Shown in pieces: positions 36,201-49,834 of a stretch of 64,000 nt of DNA. How positions within the stretch are numbered: position 1 is the stretch's first letter; each line of letters begins with the position of its first letter. Source of the DNA: Lama glama (lineage: Eukaryota). A program made the position numbers and the translations under genes. The stretch is taken from positions 101,496,001 through 101,560,000 of the forward strand of contig CM052817.1 in NCBI GenBank assembly GCA_028534125.1, in the 5' to 3' direction. The notes beneath the pieces were generated by a model. That model was given only the letters and a program-made list of their open reading frames with translations. It did not search any database and had not been told where the DNA came from.

Positions 36201-38650
36201 TCCTCCAGGTCATCTCTGCCTGGACAGCCCTCATCTAGGAAGTGTCTCCTACCCGCCCCAACCTGCTCAGACACAGACACGCTCAGACTCTGTTTCACGG
36301 GTCCTTCCCAAGGCCCTGGGAGGGAGCCTAGGAGTGTGTTCACACGGTTATGTTTTTATTAAATTTTCAGAAGTAAAATATATTGTGTATTTTTTTCCCC
36401 CTTAAACAACCCCTCCCCACCCCAAGCAATAAGTTTCAAGCCCCACAAGGACAGATCTGCCCTTGCCAGGGACGTGTTGGGTGCTCAGTACAAAACGGAA
36501 TTGAATGAAACTCATGGAGTGTAGGGCTCAGTAGCTTTTCTAGCATTTAGGCGAGGAACCTTTTGTTCACCTGACACTTGGTTCCGTGGGCTCATGAAGA
36601 ATATGGTAGCAATGAAAGAGATGCTCTTGGAAGGTTTTTAACAGTTAAGGTTTTTAAGTTATTTTCTGGGCAGTATGTGTGTTTATGCAATTGTGTGTTC
36701 CCAAACTTTGTTACCCAGAAGTTGAAAGTCTGTTTTGGCACATGCCTGATTTCCTGTGATAACCTAGTTAAATTACCCAGTGCGCTTACAGCTGCTGCTG
36801 CTGCTTCTTTGTTTTTTTAAGACTCACTCTGTGATTCACCTCTTTTAAACTTTATATGGAGTTAGGAGTCTTTTGGGACCCTACTTTAATGTCTTGAGAA
36901 TTTGCCCGACTTGAGTGATGAGGTTTCAAGGTGATTTGTGTACCTCACTAGTTTTCTTCCTAAACTTATTTCGAGTGTGTATTTAATAACGGGGTGAAAA
37001 GAACCCACGAAGCCTTTTGTTGAGCAGAACATTTCTGAACAGGGCGCACACACAGGACGGTCACTTGACTCCAGCCTGGGCTGAGTTTAGAACTGAGGCA
37101 AGTCAGCAGGTGTTTGAGTTCTTACACGTTTCCCCCGAACGTGCTCTGCCCTGTGACGGTAGGGTTGACCACTTAATGTAGAAATGTCATTTCCTGAGCA
37201 ACTCTGGATAGCCCTGTTGGATGCTCCTGAGTATTTCAAAAGGCAGTGTTTTGGGTGTCAGAGAAAGCTGTGGCAGCCAGGGGGCGAGGCAGGGCATCCA
37301 GGAGCAGATCCCAAGAGGATGCAGAACCAGACGCGGCTGAGCCCAGGGTCGAGGTCTGTGAAAATAAGCAGCATGTGCCATTAGCTGAGCAACTGTTACT
37401 GGCCTAGAAAAGCTTGAAAACACAGTGAAGAACTTAGCTTTGTCTCAGCATTAGCTCATCCTGCAGGGAAAGCGTGTGTGACGCCGCGTGTGTGATGTTG
37501 CGGGGTGGGGGGCGGGCTAGACTCGCGAGATTCTGGCGTTGTGACGCTTGGAAAGGCAGAATTGGGTTGTTATTGAGAAACTTAATATTGATTCAAATCA
37601 TGGGTGATAGTTTCAAAAAATTAAGGCAGACTTTAGTATCGGTTAGTATAGGTTTCCTGTAAAACTCAGTGCCTGTCTGGGGGCCCAGACTCTCTTCGCA
37701 GTATCCTGAGGGTAGGTCAGAGCCAGTGTTCAGCTTTTGGATGGAATCTGAGACTCCGGCGGACACAGTGCTGGTCATTTAGGCATTGACTGGTGGGTCT
37801 TTCCCTTGTCTGTTTGCTCCACATGAGGGCAGCCACCTGGGAATCCTAGTTGTTGGGGTCCTACAGACATTGGTTCACTTGCTGTATTTTAAACTTTTGA
37901 CCACCTTTCTGTCTGCCCTGTGATCAGTTTATAGTCTTTATGTGCAGTACGTTTCTGCCCGCCCTCCTGGAGGGGTGATACTCTCTTGTGTGAGGGGCTT
38001 GTCAAGTGGGTGAGTTGGCCTTGGGCATTCAGAGTGGATGGGATCGGGTGGCGGCAGGCGATACTTTGTGTTCTTTGCTTAGAGATTTGGTTGAGAAAGC
38101 TCTCTGGGATTTCGACAACACTTGTCCTGATGTCATATGTAAATATTATCTTTCTGAGTTGCTTGCTTGGGGCCAAGCTTTCAAGGAAAGTTGCTGAAGT
38201 GACAAAAGCTGTGATAGAAAATTTGGTAGTGGCCCAGCGTACTTAGTTTTGAAGTTGAAGACTTTGGACCCAAACCCAAATGGATCGTAGGTCTCCCACT
38301 TTTATCCTTGCCATGGGGGCTATGAAGTTGTACTCAAACCTCAGATGACATTGACATCAAAGCAGAGAGAAACTAGGATAAAAGCAGGGAGACACTTAAT
38401 TGCTGTGGGAGGAGTTTGAACATCTTTACCTATTGGCCAACACGTTTTGAATACGGACTGTGAGCAATCTGAAACTTGAATTCTTGGGTCTGCATTAGAG
38501 GGAAACAGTGGCAAATGTAATTTTAGAGCAGATACATGAATTTAGTGCATATATGACTTGGCCAATTGTAGCAGCAAGGACAAAGAAAAATGGTCCTTAA
38601 GGCGGTCGGATAAATTGGTGCCCTCTTCTTGGTCTGCATCAGAGCCAAGT

Positions 38651-38760
38651 GGCTTCTTAGGCTTTGAGGCAGAAATTCACTGAGTCTCTAGGAAGATGGC
38701 CTCTTGGCTTCTTAGGCTTTGAGGCAGAAATTCACTGAGTCTCTAGGAAGATGGCCTCTT
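38651..38760. repeat. Perfect 55-bp tandem duplication (2 copies)
   Basis: 38651-38705 is identical to 38706-38760. Confidence 0.97.
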
Positions 38761-40067
38761 GGCTCTTGTCACACTCTTCTTTCACACAAGGACTCTTTGA
38801 AAAACTGCTCTACCAAGGGTCTGCTGGGTGTAAGAAACAGGGTTGGATGCCGTGGAGGACAGGAAAGTCTGACAGCCCTCGCTCGACCACAGGGAATTTA
38901 CAGTGATGCATGTGAAAACAAAACTGGCAGGGTGAAGCCCAGGACAGAAATGCCACGTGAGGGATGCAGGGACCTCCCGGCCCTGGACAGCCATGCCCTT
39001 TTCTTCCTCTGATCTGACTTAGGGGGTGGGGGTCTCTGGAGGCTTTGAACATCCGTGGTCCATCTTCTTGGGTGCTGATTTTACTTAAGATTTGGGAGAT
39101 TTTTTAAAAAAATTCTTAAACCGCAAAGCTAGAGTGCTTAGTTTGTATCTTAAGAATAGACAATGAGCCTTTAATTATTTTTCACATTTTAGGCAGGAAG
39201 CTGGGGAGGCCCCGGGCCCCCGGAGCAGCTTAGTGTCGTGTATCGGGCGCTGAGGCGGGGAGGTGGAGAAGCAGTGGCTCGAGCTCGGGAAGGCAGACCT
39301 CTCCTTTCCCTATTGACTGGCTGGGCTGGGTCAGGAGCCCTTTGAGTTACACGTGGGGCCTGGGATTCGTGCTTGAGTTGGGTTAATGATCACAGGTAAA
39401 GACCTGGAGCATGACTTAGTTTCTCTTTGGAGCCAGTTAATGGGAAGCCCTGAGCAACCTTCCACGGGATGGTCATAGCTTCTGCTTTTTCTGTTGAGGT
39501 CTTTGTACGCAGCAGTTGAGTGGCGCCCTGAGGTTGTAGAGCAGGTGGCCCACGTGGGTGGGCTGCAGGAATGGGTGGGTGGAGGGACTTGCAGTCCTGT
39601 CCCCACTCTGCCCCCAGGGAAGCCAGTGCCCTGTGTGTGTGTGAGGACAGGGGTCAGGGGAACCCCGAGCTGGGACACACACAGGCTTCAGCCACTGTCA
39701 GCGGTGTCCTCTTGGGCCTTGTCTCTTCATGTGTAGACTGGGGACGATACCCACTCTTCCGGGGTGGCCATGGAGCCAACTTGTATCGGGTGAATATGTG
39801 TTAGGTATTTGGCTAATTGTGGTGGTTGTGTTCGGGGTAATGGTGCTGATATCATTGGAAGGGAAAGGGGTGGCTGTTTGTCCCAGGAAAATTCTGGGCC
39901 CTGGCTTTCCAGGCAGGAGTGTCTCAGTACACATTTCCGTCCTTGACGTGCTGGTTAGGAAGGAGACAGTCTGTGCATCCCCCAAGAAAAATACGTCTTG
40001 TTAAATACAGATGGACCGTAGTTTAGATATGATACGTTCCCAAAGACTGCTCTTTTAAAACATTAAT

Positions 40068-40410
40068 TTATTTTAATTGTGATATATATATAATATACAA
40101 TTTACCATTTTAACCACTTTTGAGTATACAGTTTAGTGGCATTAAATACATTCATGCTGTGCGACCATCACCACCGTCCATCCACAGAACTCTTTTCATC
40201 TTGCGAAGCTGCAGCTCTGTACTTTTTACATACCAGCTCCATTCCTGGTCCCCCAGCCCCTGACAGCGACACTTCTGCTTCCTGCTACCATGAGCATGAC
40301 CACCCTCAGCACCTCGTGTAAGTGGAAGCATCACAGTGTTTGACCTTCGGGGACTGGCTTATTTCACTGAGCGTCATGTCCTCGAGGTTCTTCCCTTTTG
40401 GAGCCTGTGT
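40068..40410 (-). mobile_element. L1MA/MB 3' end
   Basis: 'caatttaccattttaaccactttt..gtggcattaaatacattca..gactggcttatttcactgagcgtcatgtcctcgaggttc'. Confidence 0.85.
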
Positions 40411-43400
40411 GGCCTCTGTTTTGCTGCTGTTCTTTGTTTTATTTCTTATTCTTGTTACAGAAGAGATACGTGTTAATTTCACAGTCTTTCAACAACGTAG
40501 AGAAGGAGGCAGACACTCCGGAACGCTCCTGCTGAACATAACCCCTGCTAGTCTGGTGTCCGCTTCTCCGGAGGCTGCGTCTCAGAGCAGAATGGCTTAG
40601 AGTAGAATTGCATGTACACCGGGGCCTCGGCCTCCCCTCTGGATGTGAGGGAACTGTGGGATCTGAGTCGTGAAGACAGTGGGGACTCAAGCGTGAGTCA
40701 GTCTGGGGCTGTGGTGGGGGAGCTGGGAGAGACCGTGGAACAGAGAAGTGGGAACCCTTAACCGCCTTTTATGAAATGGGACATTCTCATCTTTGAAGCT
40801 TCAGCTTGTGGCTTTTGAGTTCCTGTTGTGTGCCCTTTAATTTCAACTTTCTAAGTTCCTAAGGGTGTAGTAAATAGGTGTGTTGGCTTTCATTATGTGC
40901 AAATATTAGGAGGCCTCAGAAGGATGGGCTCTTTCCTTCGGGGGATGGGCGGTGGTGGGTGGTGGGCTGGGATGGAGGCCATGTGCTGGGCATCAGGCGA
41001 GGCAGGCTGGAAGCAAAGGAAGATTCAGGGCCAAGAAGGTCCAGGGTGGAGCTTTCAAGAAGACTGGCCCCTCCCCCTGCCGCTGGCTCCTTCTGAGAGT
41101 ATTCTGCTCTCTGCCTGCCTGACTCTCTGGCCTGTGCCTTCACCCTGCTAGATGAAGTTCTCTCAGAGTAAGGTCCTTCTGTTTTTAATTTTTGCAGCCC
41201 CAGCACGTCACTGGGGTGCCTTTAGTAGATGTTTCTGGAATGAGTCGAGAGCTTGCCTAGAAGGTGGCCGTTCCCAGCTCTCAGTGTTCGCCACGCCTGT
41301 TTCCATCCGCCCCTCAATTTTTCCATTCTTTACTTTCACTCTGGTCCTTACACCCCAACCCACAGGGCCTCCCCATCCTCCCACTCCTACCTCCCACGGA
41401 CCACTTTCAGCTCTGGGTTGGCCTGAGGCCCTGCCTCTAGTTGCCTTTGGTGATTCGGAAAAGTCAGAGGAAATCCCCATGGCCTTTGCCTGGGCCGGAG
41501 GGCTCCTGGGTTTTCCCTTAGCCCACTCTTGAGTACTCGGTGGTTCGGCTTTACAGGACTTCAGGATTGCGTAGGTTTTTGTGGCTTTGTCTATTCACTT
41601 AACTATCATGTAATATCTGTATGGTACTGTGTTTTCTTTGGTCTTAAAAAAAAATTGAAGAACATTGTGCCTATAGGATGACCTGTATTTTTCGCTTTGG
41701 ACATTTGTTGTGTCTTTACCATTTCACTTTAAAATAAGACCCAGAATAGAGTTTCCTGTGAAGGTAAAGTCCCATGTGTTATGTCAGACATCAGCAAACC
41801 ACGTTCATGAAAACAGTCAGGATTACGATGCTTTTTAAGTAGAAGTATTTGTGAAATTTAGGGATTTCCTAAAGTTTATCTCCATTACTATCTGCTGAAT
41901 GGGATTCCTTCTGTGAGACGTGAGGTTAGGCAGTTCGCCTGAGGCTGGAGAAGGGGGCAGATGTCTCAGGAATGAGATGGAGAGGGGAGAGAGGCATAAT
42001 AGTAGACAAAAAATTAAACTTTTAAAAGAAAGCATCACTGCATTGTGTGCGATGAGACTAGATCCGACGCAAAGCCCGAAGGTAAGACTTGGGGTAAAAA
42101 AGAAGGGAAAGTCTTTGAGGAAGAGGAACTGAGGTTCAGAAATGCATTAAGGCTAACATTTGCACAGTTGGGTGGCTGTTTTGGAGGAGGTGCTGAGGGG
42201 AGCAGTCAGAAAGGAGGTTGTGTGCTTCTAGCTAACCTCAGGTTTTGCTGTTGAATTTTCCTGTGCTCTTTACTGATGGGATTGTAGGAAATAGCCTGCA
42301 GTTAGCTCGTGTTAAAATTAAAATGAATGTCCGAATGGAAACCACACCCAGAAAAGAAGCTATCACCCTCACCTTGCAGTCAGCCTCATAGATTTTACAG
42401 AAAGTTTTTTTTGTTTTTCACCTGGGGTCAGGGTGATACCTGGGATTCCAGCCAATCAACAGAGGCCGCAGGCAGTCAGGCAAGGGAGGCCATCCTAGGG
42501 GAACATCAGCCCCGCCCTTACTTCTCAGAGTTTTCTCACTGCATTTCTCATTACGAAAGTCATGTTTGGTGTAGCAAGATGAGCTAATTCAGTAAAGGCC
42601 AACTGGGATCGGGGCTGCCCTGGTCCCACTCTCCTCACTGAGGCTGTTTGACCAGCACACCTCACTCTGCGTGTGCAAGGCTGGCTTCCTCTCCCATCTT
42701 TCTTTAAGTCACTTCTGTTTGACTTTTTCGTTCTCTCCTGCAGAAAGTCAAAGGGGGAATTGGGCCACTGGCCGTGTGTGCTAGGTAGCCCTTCACAAAG
42801 CTCTGCACCCTGAGAGCTCCCTTCCGGTGCACGTGGTTTGGGGAAGGGCCAGGGAGGAGGGGATGGCCAGGAGCCATGGCTACTTGGGACCGGCAGACCA
42901 CGTCTTCTCCTAACACTTTGTAAATTTTAAAAACACCAGAAAGAAAGGTAGCTCATCACAGGCACAGAAATATATAATTTTTAATGGTGGACACTGCTGG
43001 CAGGTAAAGTGTGTCACAGGGAAGTCATACATTTGTTTGTTCTGTGTGTTGTTTTGGAGACAGCTTATATAATAGCTGTCTATGCTTTTTGTCTGTTTTC
43101 AGGGACTCTGGTGAAGAAGGTAAACTTATCTAGTAGCACATGATTGGTTGGTAGGAGACCTGGGTTTCTCACGTGGCTTCTAGCTCATCCCTGACCATGG
43201 GGAGGTGGTCCTCTGGGCTTCCACTTCCTGGTCTACTGATGCTATGGTCTATAAGGTCACGGCTAACACAGAAGCTCAGGGTTATGGCTTGAGTTTATTG
43301 CTTTATATTAATTATTTAGAGGACTTGTCACTGGGTCTTAGGTTTTGTGCAGCATTGTCACTGCTGTTTGGTGCCTTTAGCTAGAACGTATGTAGCCCTT

Positions 43401-44524
43401 TGATTTTACAGTGTTAGTGTTGTAGTTCCTATGGCAAGATCTGATTGGCTTTCTGTGCTGGCTTCTAGGAGGTACTGTGGTGGGGGGAGCGGGGACTGTC
43501 TCTGGGGAAGGATGCCTCCCCTTGAAGACCGCACTGCCTGGGTGGTGCTGCCCCCTGACGGTGCTGAGGGTGTGGCCGGCACTCTGACCAGTACCGACAG
43601 GTGACCCGCTCCTGCCCGAGTGTTAGCCTTTCCTGCCTTAGTGGACCACCTTGCCTTTGTTTTTCCTTCCTTGCATCTTTTTGGTACCATAGTTTTACAA
43701 CTTGGGAGGCTTCTTTGATTTCTGGTCCTGTGTGTTTCGAGTGTTGGCCACACTGGTTGTGTGAGCAGCTGCTCTCTCCCCTGGTCTGCCCCGAATTTCT
43801 CGGGCACGCAGTAGACCCCCGCCTGCCTGCGCCTGACGGGGCCCCCGCCGCTGACTTCTGTCTCTCCGACGCGGATAGCAGCGTGGAGCCAATGGGATTT
43901 CAGATCTGGGGGTGAAATAGTTTAGCCTCCACTTACTTTCAGATTTTGACATTAGGTAATATAAAACAGGTGACAGCTTGCCTCTTTAAAGAGCAGGTTA
44001 CTTGTAAAAATGTAAATTTACGAATCGACAGAACCCAGTGTATGAAAACAGGACGGAGAGTAAGCCGCTCTGGAGCTCCTGGCCGTTGGCATTGGTAGAT
44101 CTGTGTGGGTTGGAAAACGTAAGTTATATATTTAGTGCATCTTTTTCCAGTTACTGGAGAAAACTATGTGGCATGTTTGAAAATACTGAAAAAAGAGAAC
44201 TGATTTTAAAAATAGAGTGTGCAGACTGGTTGCAGTAATGCAGATAATCTATCCACCTGTGAACGTGCAGGGGGAAACCTCTGGGTTTAAAAACAAAACA
44301 GTTTAAAGTGATGAGAACAAGTGTCGGTTTAAAAGCAGGTAGAGGAAGGAAGGACTGACTTGAGAATGTGATGAAACAGCTTTCTCACTTCCATTTCCTC
44401 CTACCTTCCGCCCTTTACTTTCTTGAAAATATTGGTCTCGCCTCTTGGGGGTGCCCATCCTAGGCCTGTCTCCTAGTGTTTGTTTCAGGAAGGCAGTTAC
44501 AACATGTGACAACCTCAGTTTTAA

Positions 44525-44690
44525 TATTTTTTATTTATTCATCATCATGTAATTTAATGATTTTATTTGGACTGGGTGGAGGGGGAGGTAATCAGATTTA
44601 TTTATTTTTAGAGGAGGTACTGGGGATTGAACCCAGGGCCTCCTGCATGCTAAGCATGCGCTCTACCACTTGAGCTACACCCTCCCCTGA
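44525..44690 (-). mobile_element. Camelid tRNA-SINE
   Basis: 'gaggaggtactggggattgaacccagggcctcctgcatgctaagcatgcgctctaccacttgagctacaccctcccc'; TSD-like c(c/t)tcagtttt. Confidence 0.93.
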
Positions 44691-46251
44691 GGGCTTCAGT
44701 TTTAGACTAGTAGGAAAGAGCACTGGGAGAAAGGGGCTTGGTCTGGGTGGGGAGCGTGCGGGCTGGAGATAGGGTGGACTCTGGAACATCACATGGGCCT
44801 GGCTTCTTATCTGGCTTGTATGCTGTAGGTGATGTGAGGCGCTGCAGTTTTGCTCTGTTTCTGTGGGGCACCTTTCTACTTAGTCTGATCTGGGAGGCTT
44901 GTGTCCTCTGGATTAAGTAAGGAAGGGAGGGTCCTGGGAGGTGAGGAAGGCCCTTCCATCGCCTTTCCCCTCCTTGTCCAGAGGGCTCTGGAGACCATTC
45001 ATCAGTTGTCAGTTCCATGATTATTGGTGATTTCCAGGATATTTTGTGATTAATTTTATCCTGATGAGAAATTACGCTGAATTCCGTGTCCATAAACGCT
45101 GACTCTCACCCGTACAAGATGGAAATGTTCCATTCCACGTAGGGTTGGTGGTACTGGCAGTAGTAGAAGAAATGATGTGATTACTTTGAACTTTCTGTTT
45201 GAAGAAATTGCATGCTTCTAAAATGTGGTAGATGGGATGGAATCCTTTTACAAAAGAAATGAAAGTAAAATTTCCACTTAAATGAGCAAACGTTTGCAGG
45301 CGTGTGTCTTCCACCCCCTCAAGCCCACCTTGAAGAGAAACTCAGTGTATGTTTCCACTTACCGGAAGTATGTCAAGTCAGAGACCTGTGTGGACTCCTT
45401 ATTTAGAAGCAGGCGCTTCTGCTTTGGAAGGGAGTGGGTTGAAAGAAGTAGAAAAACCAATGAGAAGAGAAGACTGAGTGGGAGAGAATCTTAATGCAGG
45501 TACAAATGTGATGCCAAATTAATCTAGGAGTAAAAGTAGTTTATTCACAGAACAAGACAAATTAAGAAATTAACATGCACCTCTGTAACACATGTTGTGT
45601 TCTCTGGTCAGCTCCTTGTGATGGAAATGATTCCATTTGCTCGAGAGACCTCTCCTCCCTCCCCACCCCATCCAGGTAACTGTGGGAGAGTTTTCGGATT
45701 TGACATATGCCTGTGTTTAGAAGTCACACAGTGTATTGAATTAAGTAAGATCTGATTGCAGAAATGGACTCTGTGGGCTGTTACACAAGATGTTACCATA
45801 TGTTGGTTTCACGAGACCTCACACACGCTTTAAGAGAAGAACCACTGACATTATTTCAAACCTGAGTGGTTCATAGTTCATATTGGTGTCAGATGTCCTG
45901 TTCGCAACACCTAGATTTCTTGCTGTTTCTGCTGTTCTTTTTTTCTCAGGTCTCTGCTGCTGCTCTGAGAATACCAACTTCTTGTTTGTGGTCAGGGGCT
46001 TTTATGCATTTTCAGGATCTCATGCTGTGTTGGACGTATAGTCCAGAAAATAGTGTGTAAGAAATGCTGGTCGACTTTGGGCAGATCTTGATCATGCTGA
46101 TCTAATGTTAGAGCTTCCAGGTGAAGGTGGTTTTAGGATAGTTTTAAAATTAACCTTATCTGTTCAGTTCAAATATCATTCATTTGGTGAATGACAATTT
46201 GGGGGCAAAGAATCAGTTTATTGGATGATACAAATCAGGACGCTAAAGATC

Positions 46252-46310
46252 TTTAAAAAAAATTTTTTTAAATTGAAATATAGTCGATTTAAAATGTTGC
46301 GTTAATTTTA
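46252..46310 (-). mobile_element. Ultra-short L1 3' tip
   Basis: 'aattgaaatatagtcgatttaaaatgttgcgttaattt' flanked by aaagatct direct repeats. Confidence 0.7.
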
Positions 46311-46464
46311 AAAGATCTCGACAGACTGCATTTTGAGCTGAATCAAAGAAGAAATTCAAAAGATACCTGAATGAGCATGGTCCCCACAGGAAGGGGAAAT
46401 GCAGAGTAGAGAGGCCAGTGGCGGGGAGGAGACCGGAGGGGTTCAACTGCTTGGAGGCCACATG

Positions 46465-46915
46465 GGTGTGTGCCAGAGGCGAGGGCCTCTCATTACAGTA
46501 AGGCTGGCCTGCCGGACACGGTTTTGATGACTACTGTTCGGTGCAGCCGTTTCAGAAGCACGTTTAACTCACGGAAGTTCAACCTCTGGATCATGAAGGA
46601 GTGAGTGGGTCTTCCCGCCATGGGACTCCGTGGCTGGCTGGCGCAGGGCAGGTGGTGCTGGCCGAGGCAGTGTGCGGGTCCTGGGGTCTCAGCCCATAGG
46701 ACGCCCCTGGCTGCTTGGGCCCAGGGCAGCCTCCTGAGGAGGGATGAGGGGGCGGTTCCCTGTTGCTCTGGGGCTCCTTCCTGGAGGCCCAGCACCAAGC
46801 CTGCCCCCTTGAACCCTCTCAGTGGTCTCATAAGCACCTAATTCCCTGTATTAAAATCCCTTTCTGCTGAAAGCAGCTAGCCTGCTCCCTGCAGCCTGAC
46901 CCTTGCTGGGACTGA
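46465..46915 (+). mobile_element. MaLR LTR (MLT1-like)
   Basis: 3' end 'attccctgtattaaaatccctttctgctgaaagcagctag..cagcctgaccc'. Confidence 0.5.
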
Positions 46916-47074
46916 AGCATTTTATACTGGGAATGAGCTGCACTGGAGACATGTTATCACTGGGAGGGTCCCAGAGTGAACGCAGATAGATGGATCGATG
47001 GACCTGTGGTCCCTGGATGCACATACTCCTACTCCCCTCATGGGTGCAGGGGTGGTGGGGTTGCTTGAGGGAGT

Positions 47075-47340
47075 TATTCTCAAACACAGATTTCCAGGCT
47101 CTGTCCCCAGAAATTCTGATTCAGGAGGAACTGGTGGAGCCCTGGATCCATAGCTTTTTAAAATTTGTTTAAGTTCTTTTTTGGGGGGTAGTAATTAGGT
47201 TTCTTTATTTTTAGAGGAAGTACTGGGGATTGAACCCAGGACCTCGTGCATGCTGAGCATGCGCTCTATCACTTAAGCTATAGTTTTAAAAAGCTGCCCC
47301 TGGTTGTCCCTAAGATGTGGCCAGACTGGATACCAAGGGA
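47075..47340. mobile_element. MER5-like MITE split by a SINE
   Basis: 'cagatttccaggctctgtccccagaaattctgattcagga' continues after the SINE as 'ttttaaaaagctgcccctggttgtccctaag'. Confidence 0.6.
47165..47282 (-). mobile_element. Camelid tRNA-SINE, 5'-truncated
   Basis: 'tactggggattgaacccaggacctcgtgcatgctgagcatgcgctctatcacttaagctata'; the G-rich head is missing. Confidence 0.92.
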
Positions 47341-48499
47341 CTAAATCATTTCTTGACTCTAGGAGCTGATGCTCATGATTCTTTTTAAAAGGGAGGAAAT
47401 GTTAGGAGCCATACATTTAAAAATTCCACTGCTGGGGGATTTACCTTTTCTTGGATTTAAAGGGATCAATTCTATAACTGCTGCCAGAATGTGGCAGTAT
47501 TTCTAGTGTGCAGTGTACAAGGGTTTCCCTCTTTTGTTATTACTAGAGGAAAGGAATATATTTGGAAAGTGTTACTGAGTATAGAATGAAAATTGCGTTG
47601 TCTGTAATGAGAGTTAAAAATTTAACTGAATACTTGATATCCGGCGCTTTATTGTATAACTGTGGCATGTCACAGTGTCGTCCCCGCTTTCATTGTGTAA
47701 AGTACTGTTAGTGTAGTTTCTTATCTCTGTTTATAGTTAAAGGGAAGCCACAATGGAGGCTGTTTGAAATACGGAAATGACTCCTCAGAAGAGAGGTCAA
47801 GGGATTATTTGGAGAGCCGGAGAGTTCAGAATCATTGAGCAGGACTGAAGTTCATTGTGCGCTGCAGGCCTGTGGTTTAAGGATCAGGGCTCACGCGTCC
47901 GTGGAGATTGATGGCAGTGGGAGGACCTGTCTTGGTGTCAGCACTTGTGTCGCTCTTATTTGATCTCCTCCTTCTAAAAAAATAAAGCCCCAAACAGAAG
48001 CCCACAACCCCAGTTCTGATTTCTGCCCTTCTCATGCTTTTGTACCTTTTGGAAGGTACATACCAGTCTAACGCATGAAGTCAAAGGGCGCCTCCTTAAT
48101 GGAAATGGATTTTGCCCTGGATGTTTGGAGTCCTCGTAGCAGCAGGGGTTATCTGTCAAGTGGGGCTCCACTGAGGGCCAGGCCTTCCTTCCCCTGCAGC
48201 TGCCAGGCTGCTTGAAATGAGGCGGAGTGGTTTAGCACTTGGATAACAGGCAGGAATTAACTGCAGCTTATTACAGAGTGCTGCATAATGACAGGGATGC
48301 AGCCCGCGCTCGGCAAGGGCATCTGCACACGGCATTTTCATTACGCATACGAGGGGTCTGTGTGCATAGAAAGGAAGCGGGCCTGGAGGGCTTCTGTGGG
48401 GACATGTCTGAGAAGACGCATCTGTAGAGACAGCCCTCTCTTCCCTTTCCTGCACTGCATCCTGACAGAGTGAATTAGGAGGCTGGCATGTGTACTTGC

Positions 48500-48665
48500 C
48501 TTTTTTTTTTTTTTCTAAAAAAATCAGCTTTATGAGATATAATACGGATACCATGTAATTCACCCATGTAAAGTCTGCAGTTCGGTGCTTCTTAGTATAT
48601 CTGCCAGGTTGTGCAGGATCACCACCATCTAATTTTAGAGCCTTTCTGTCCCTCCTGAAAGAAGC
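48500..48665 (-). mobile_element. L1MB-like 3' end
   Basis: Poly-T then 'cagctttatgagatataat..accatgtaattcacccatgtaaagt..caccaccatctaattttaga'. Confidence 0.85.
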
Positions 48666-49834
48666 TGTGGTTCTTTTACGAAGAAAATCTAGTTTATACT
48701 TTTTAAGGGACACTTTTTTTTTCTTGGTGGGGATGCGGGTTACCTGAAGCCTGTTGCGAATCATCCTATTTCTCAGAAAGCGTTTGTTTTCAGACATCAG
48801 ATGTATTTTCATGTTCCAAGGGCTACCAGCTTTCCTAATTTTTGGACCCAAGCTCATGAATTAGGTTTTAGTGACCAGGTTCATCTAACTACTGGTTGGG
48901 ACCTTTTCAGCTTTGAGTGATGGATTCCAGTGGAAAGGAATTGATCAGTTCACATGACCTGGAAGAAGGAGGGCTGTCGGCTTCAGGAGGAAGCGGAGTC
49001 AGGGATTCTCTCTCCATCCCTTAGATCTTTTATCCCCATGTTGGTGACATTCACCCTCAAGATAGCGGGGGGACTGGGGGTGGGAGTGGGGGACAGTCTG
49101 CTCCCACCGGTGCTTGAACCCGGGATGCAGTTCAGGTAGCAGAAGCGAGGTCATCAGGTGCCGGACCTCATCTGAGCTGCCTGTTTTTGTGTACCTGCCG
49201 TTTGTAAATATTACAGACCTTGATTTATTTCTTGATTCTGGAATTGTGAATCCACACATTCAAGCAGTTGAACCATCTCAGGCATGTTGCAGTAACAGGT
49301 GCTGCTGACTGGGGTGGTCAGTCAGAGGATTTGAACCGGCTCGGGCCTGGGGGCTGCTTTCCAAAGAAAGACCCTCCCCAGGCAGGCGGCAGCAGACAGG
49401 GTCTCTTCTTATGGCTCTAACTTACTTTATCCACACGTTTCAGTGCCGTATTTTTCTCGATAGACTTAATAGCCTCTCCGTTTTTAATTTCTTAGTTTTC
49501 TCAGCATTTTTTAAACAACTGCAGCATTTGCGATTTAGCAAGTCACTCTATACCCTTGACATGACTAGACCTGACTTTTTTTAAGGTGAATAAAAAATAT
49601 AACTTAACCTGACATTGGTTTTTAAAACTGTTCTATACATTGTTTATGACCCCTTTTTAAAAAAAAATTAGATTTGGTAAAGATTTATATTGAAACTTGG
49701 GAAACCTTTTCCCATGACATTTCCTGTGGTTTCTGATATATTACGGTGAGGCTGACTTTATACTGAATAACTGAAAAGATATTCTGAGGCCTGAATTGTG
49801 ATTTTATAAATCCGTGACGCTAGTTGAGAAGTTT

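Noticed and set aside
38651..38760. Direct repeats as a CRISPR-like array
   Set aside because: Only two adjacent copies with no spacers, in a mammalian genome.
43103..43119. Possible 17-nt exon (ttttcag|...AAG|gtaaac)
   Set aside because: Weak donor, not frame-preserving, and unsupported without RNA-seq.
48156..48857. Longest ORF in the track (233 aa, minus strand)
   Set aside because: It runs through an L1 3' end and poly-A tracts (poly-Lys runs), has no recognisable domain, and is likely a chance ORF.
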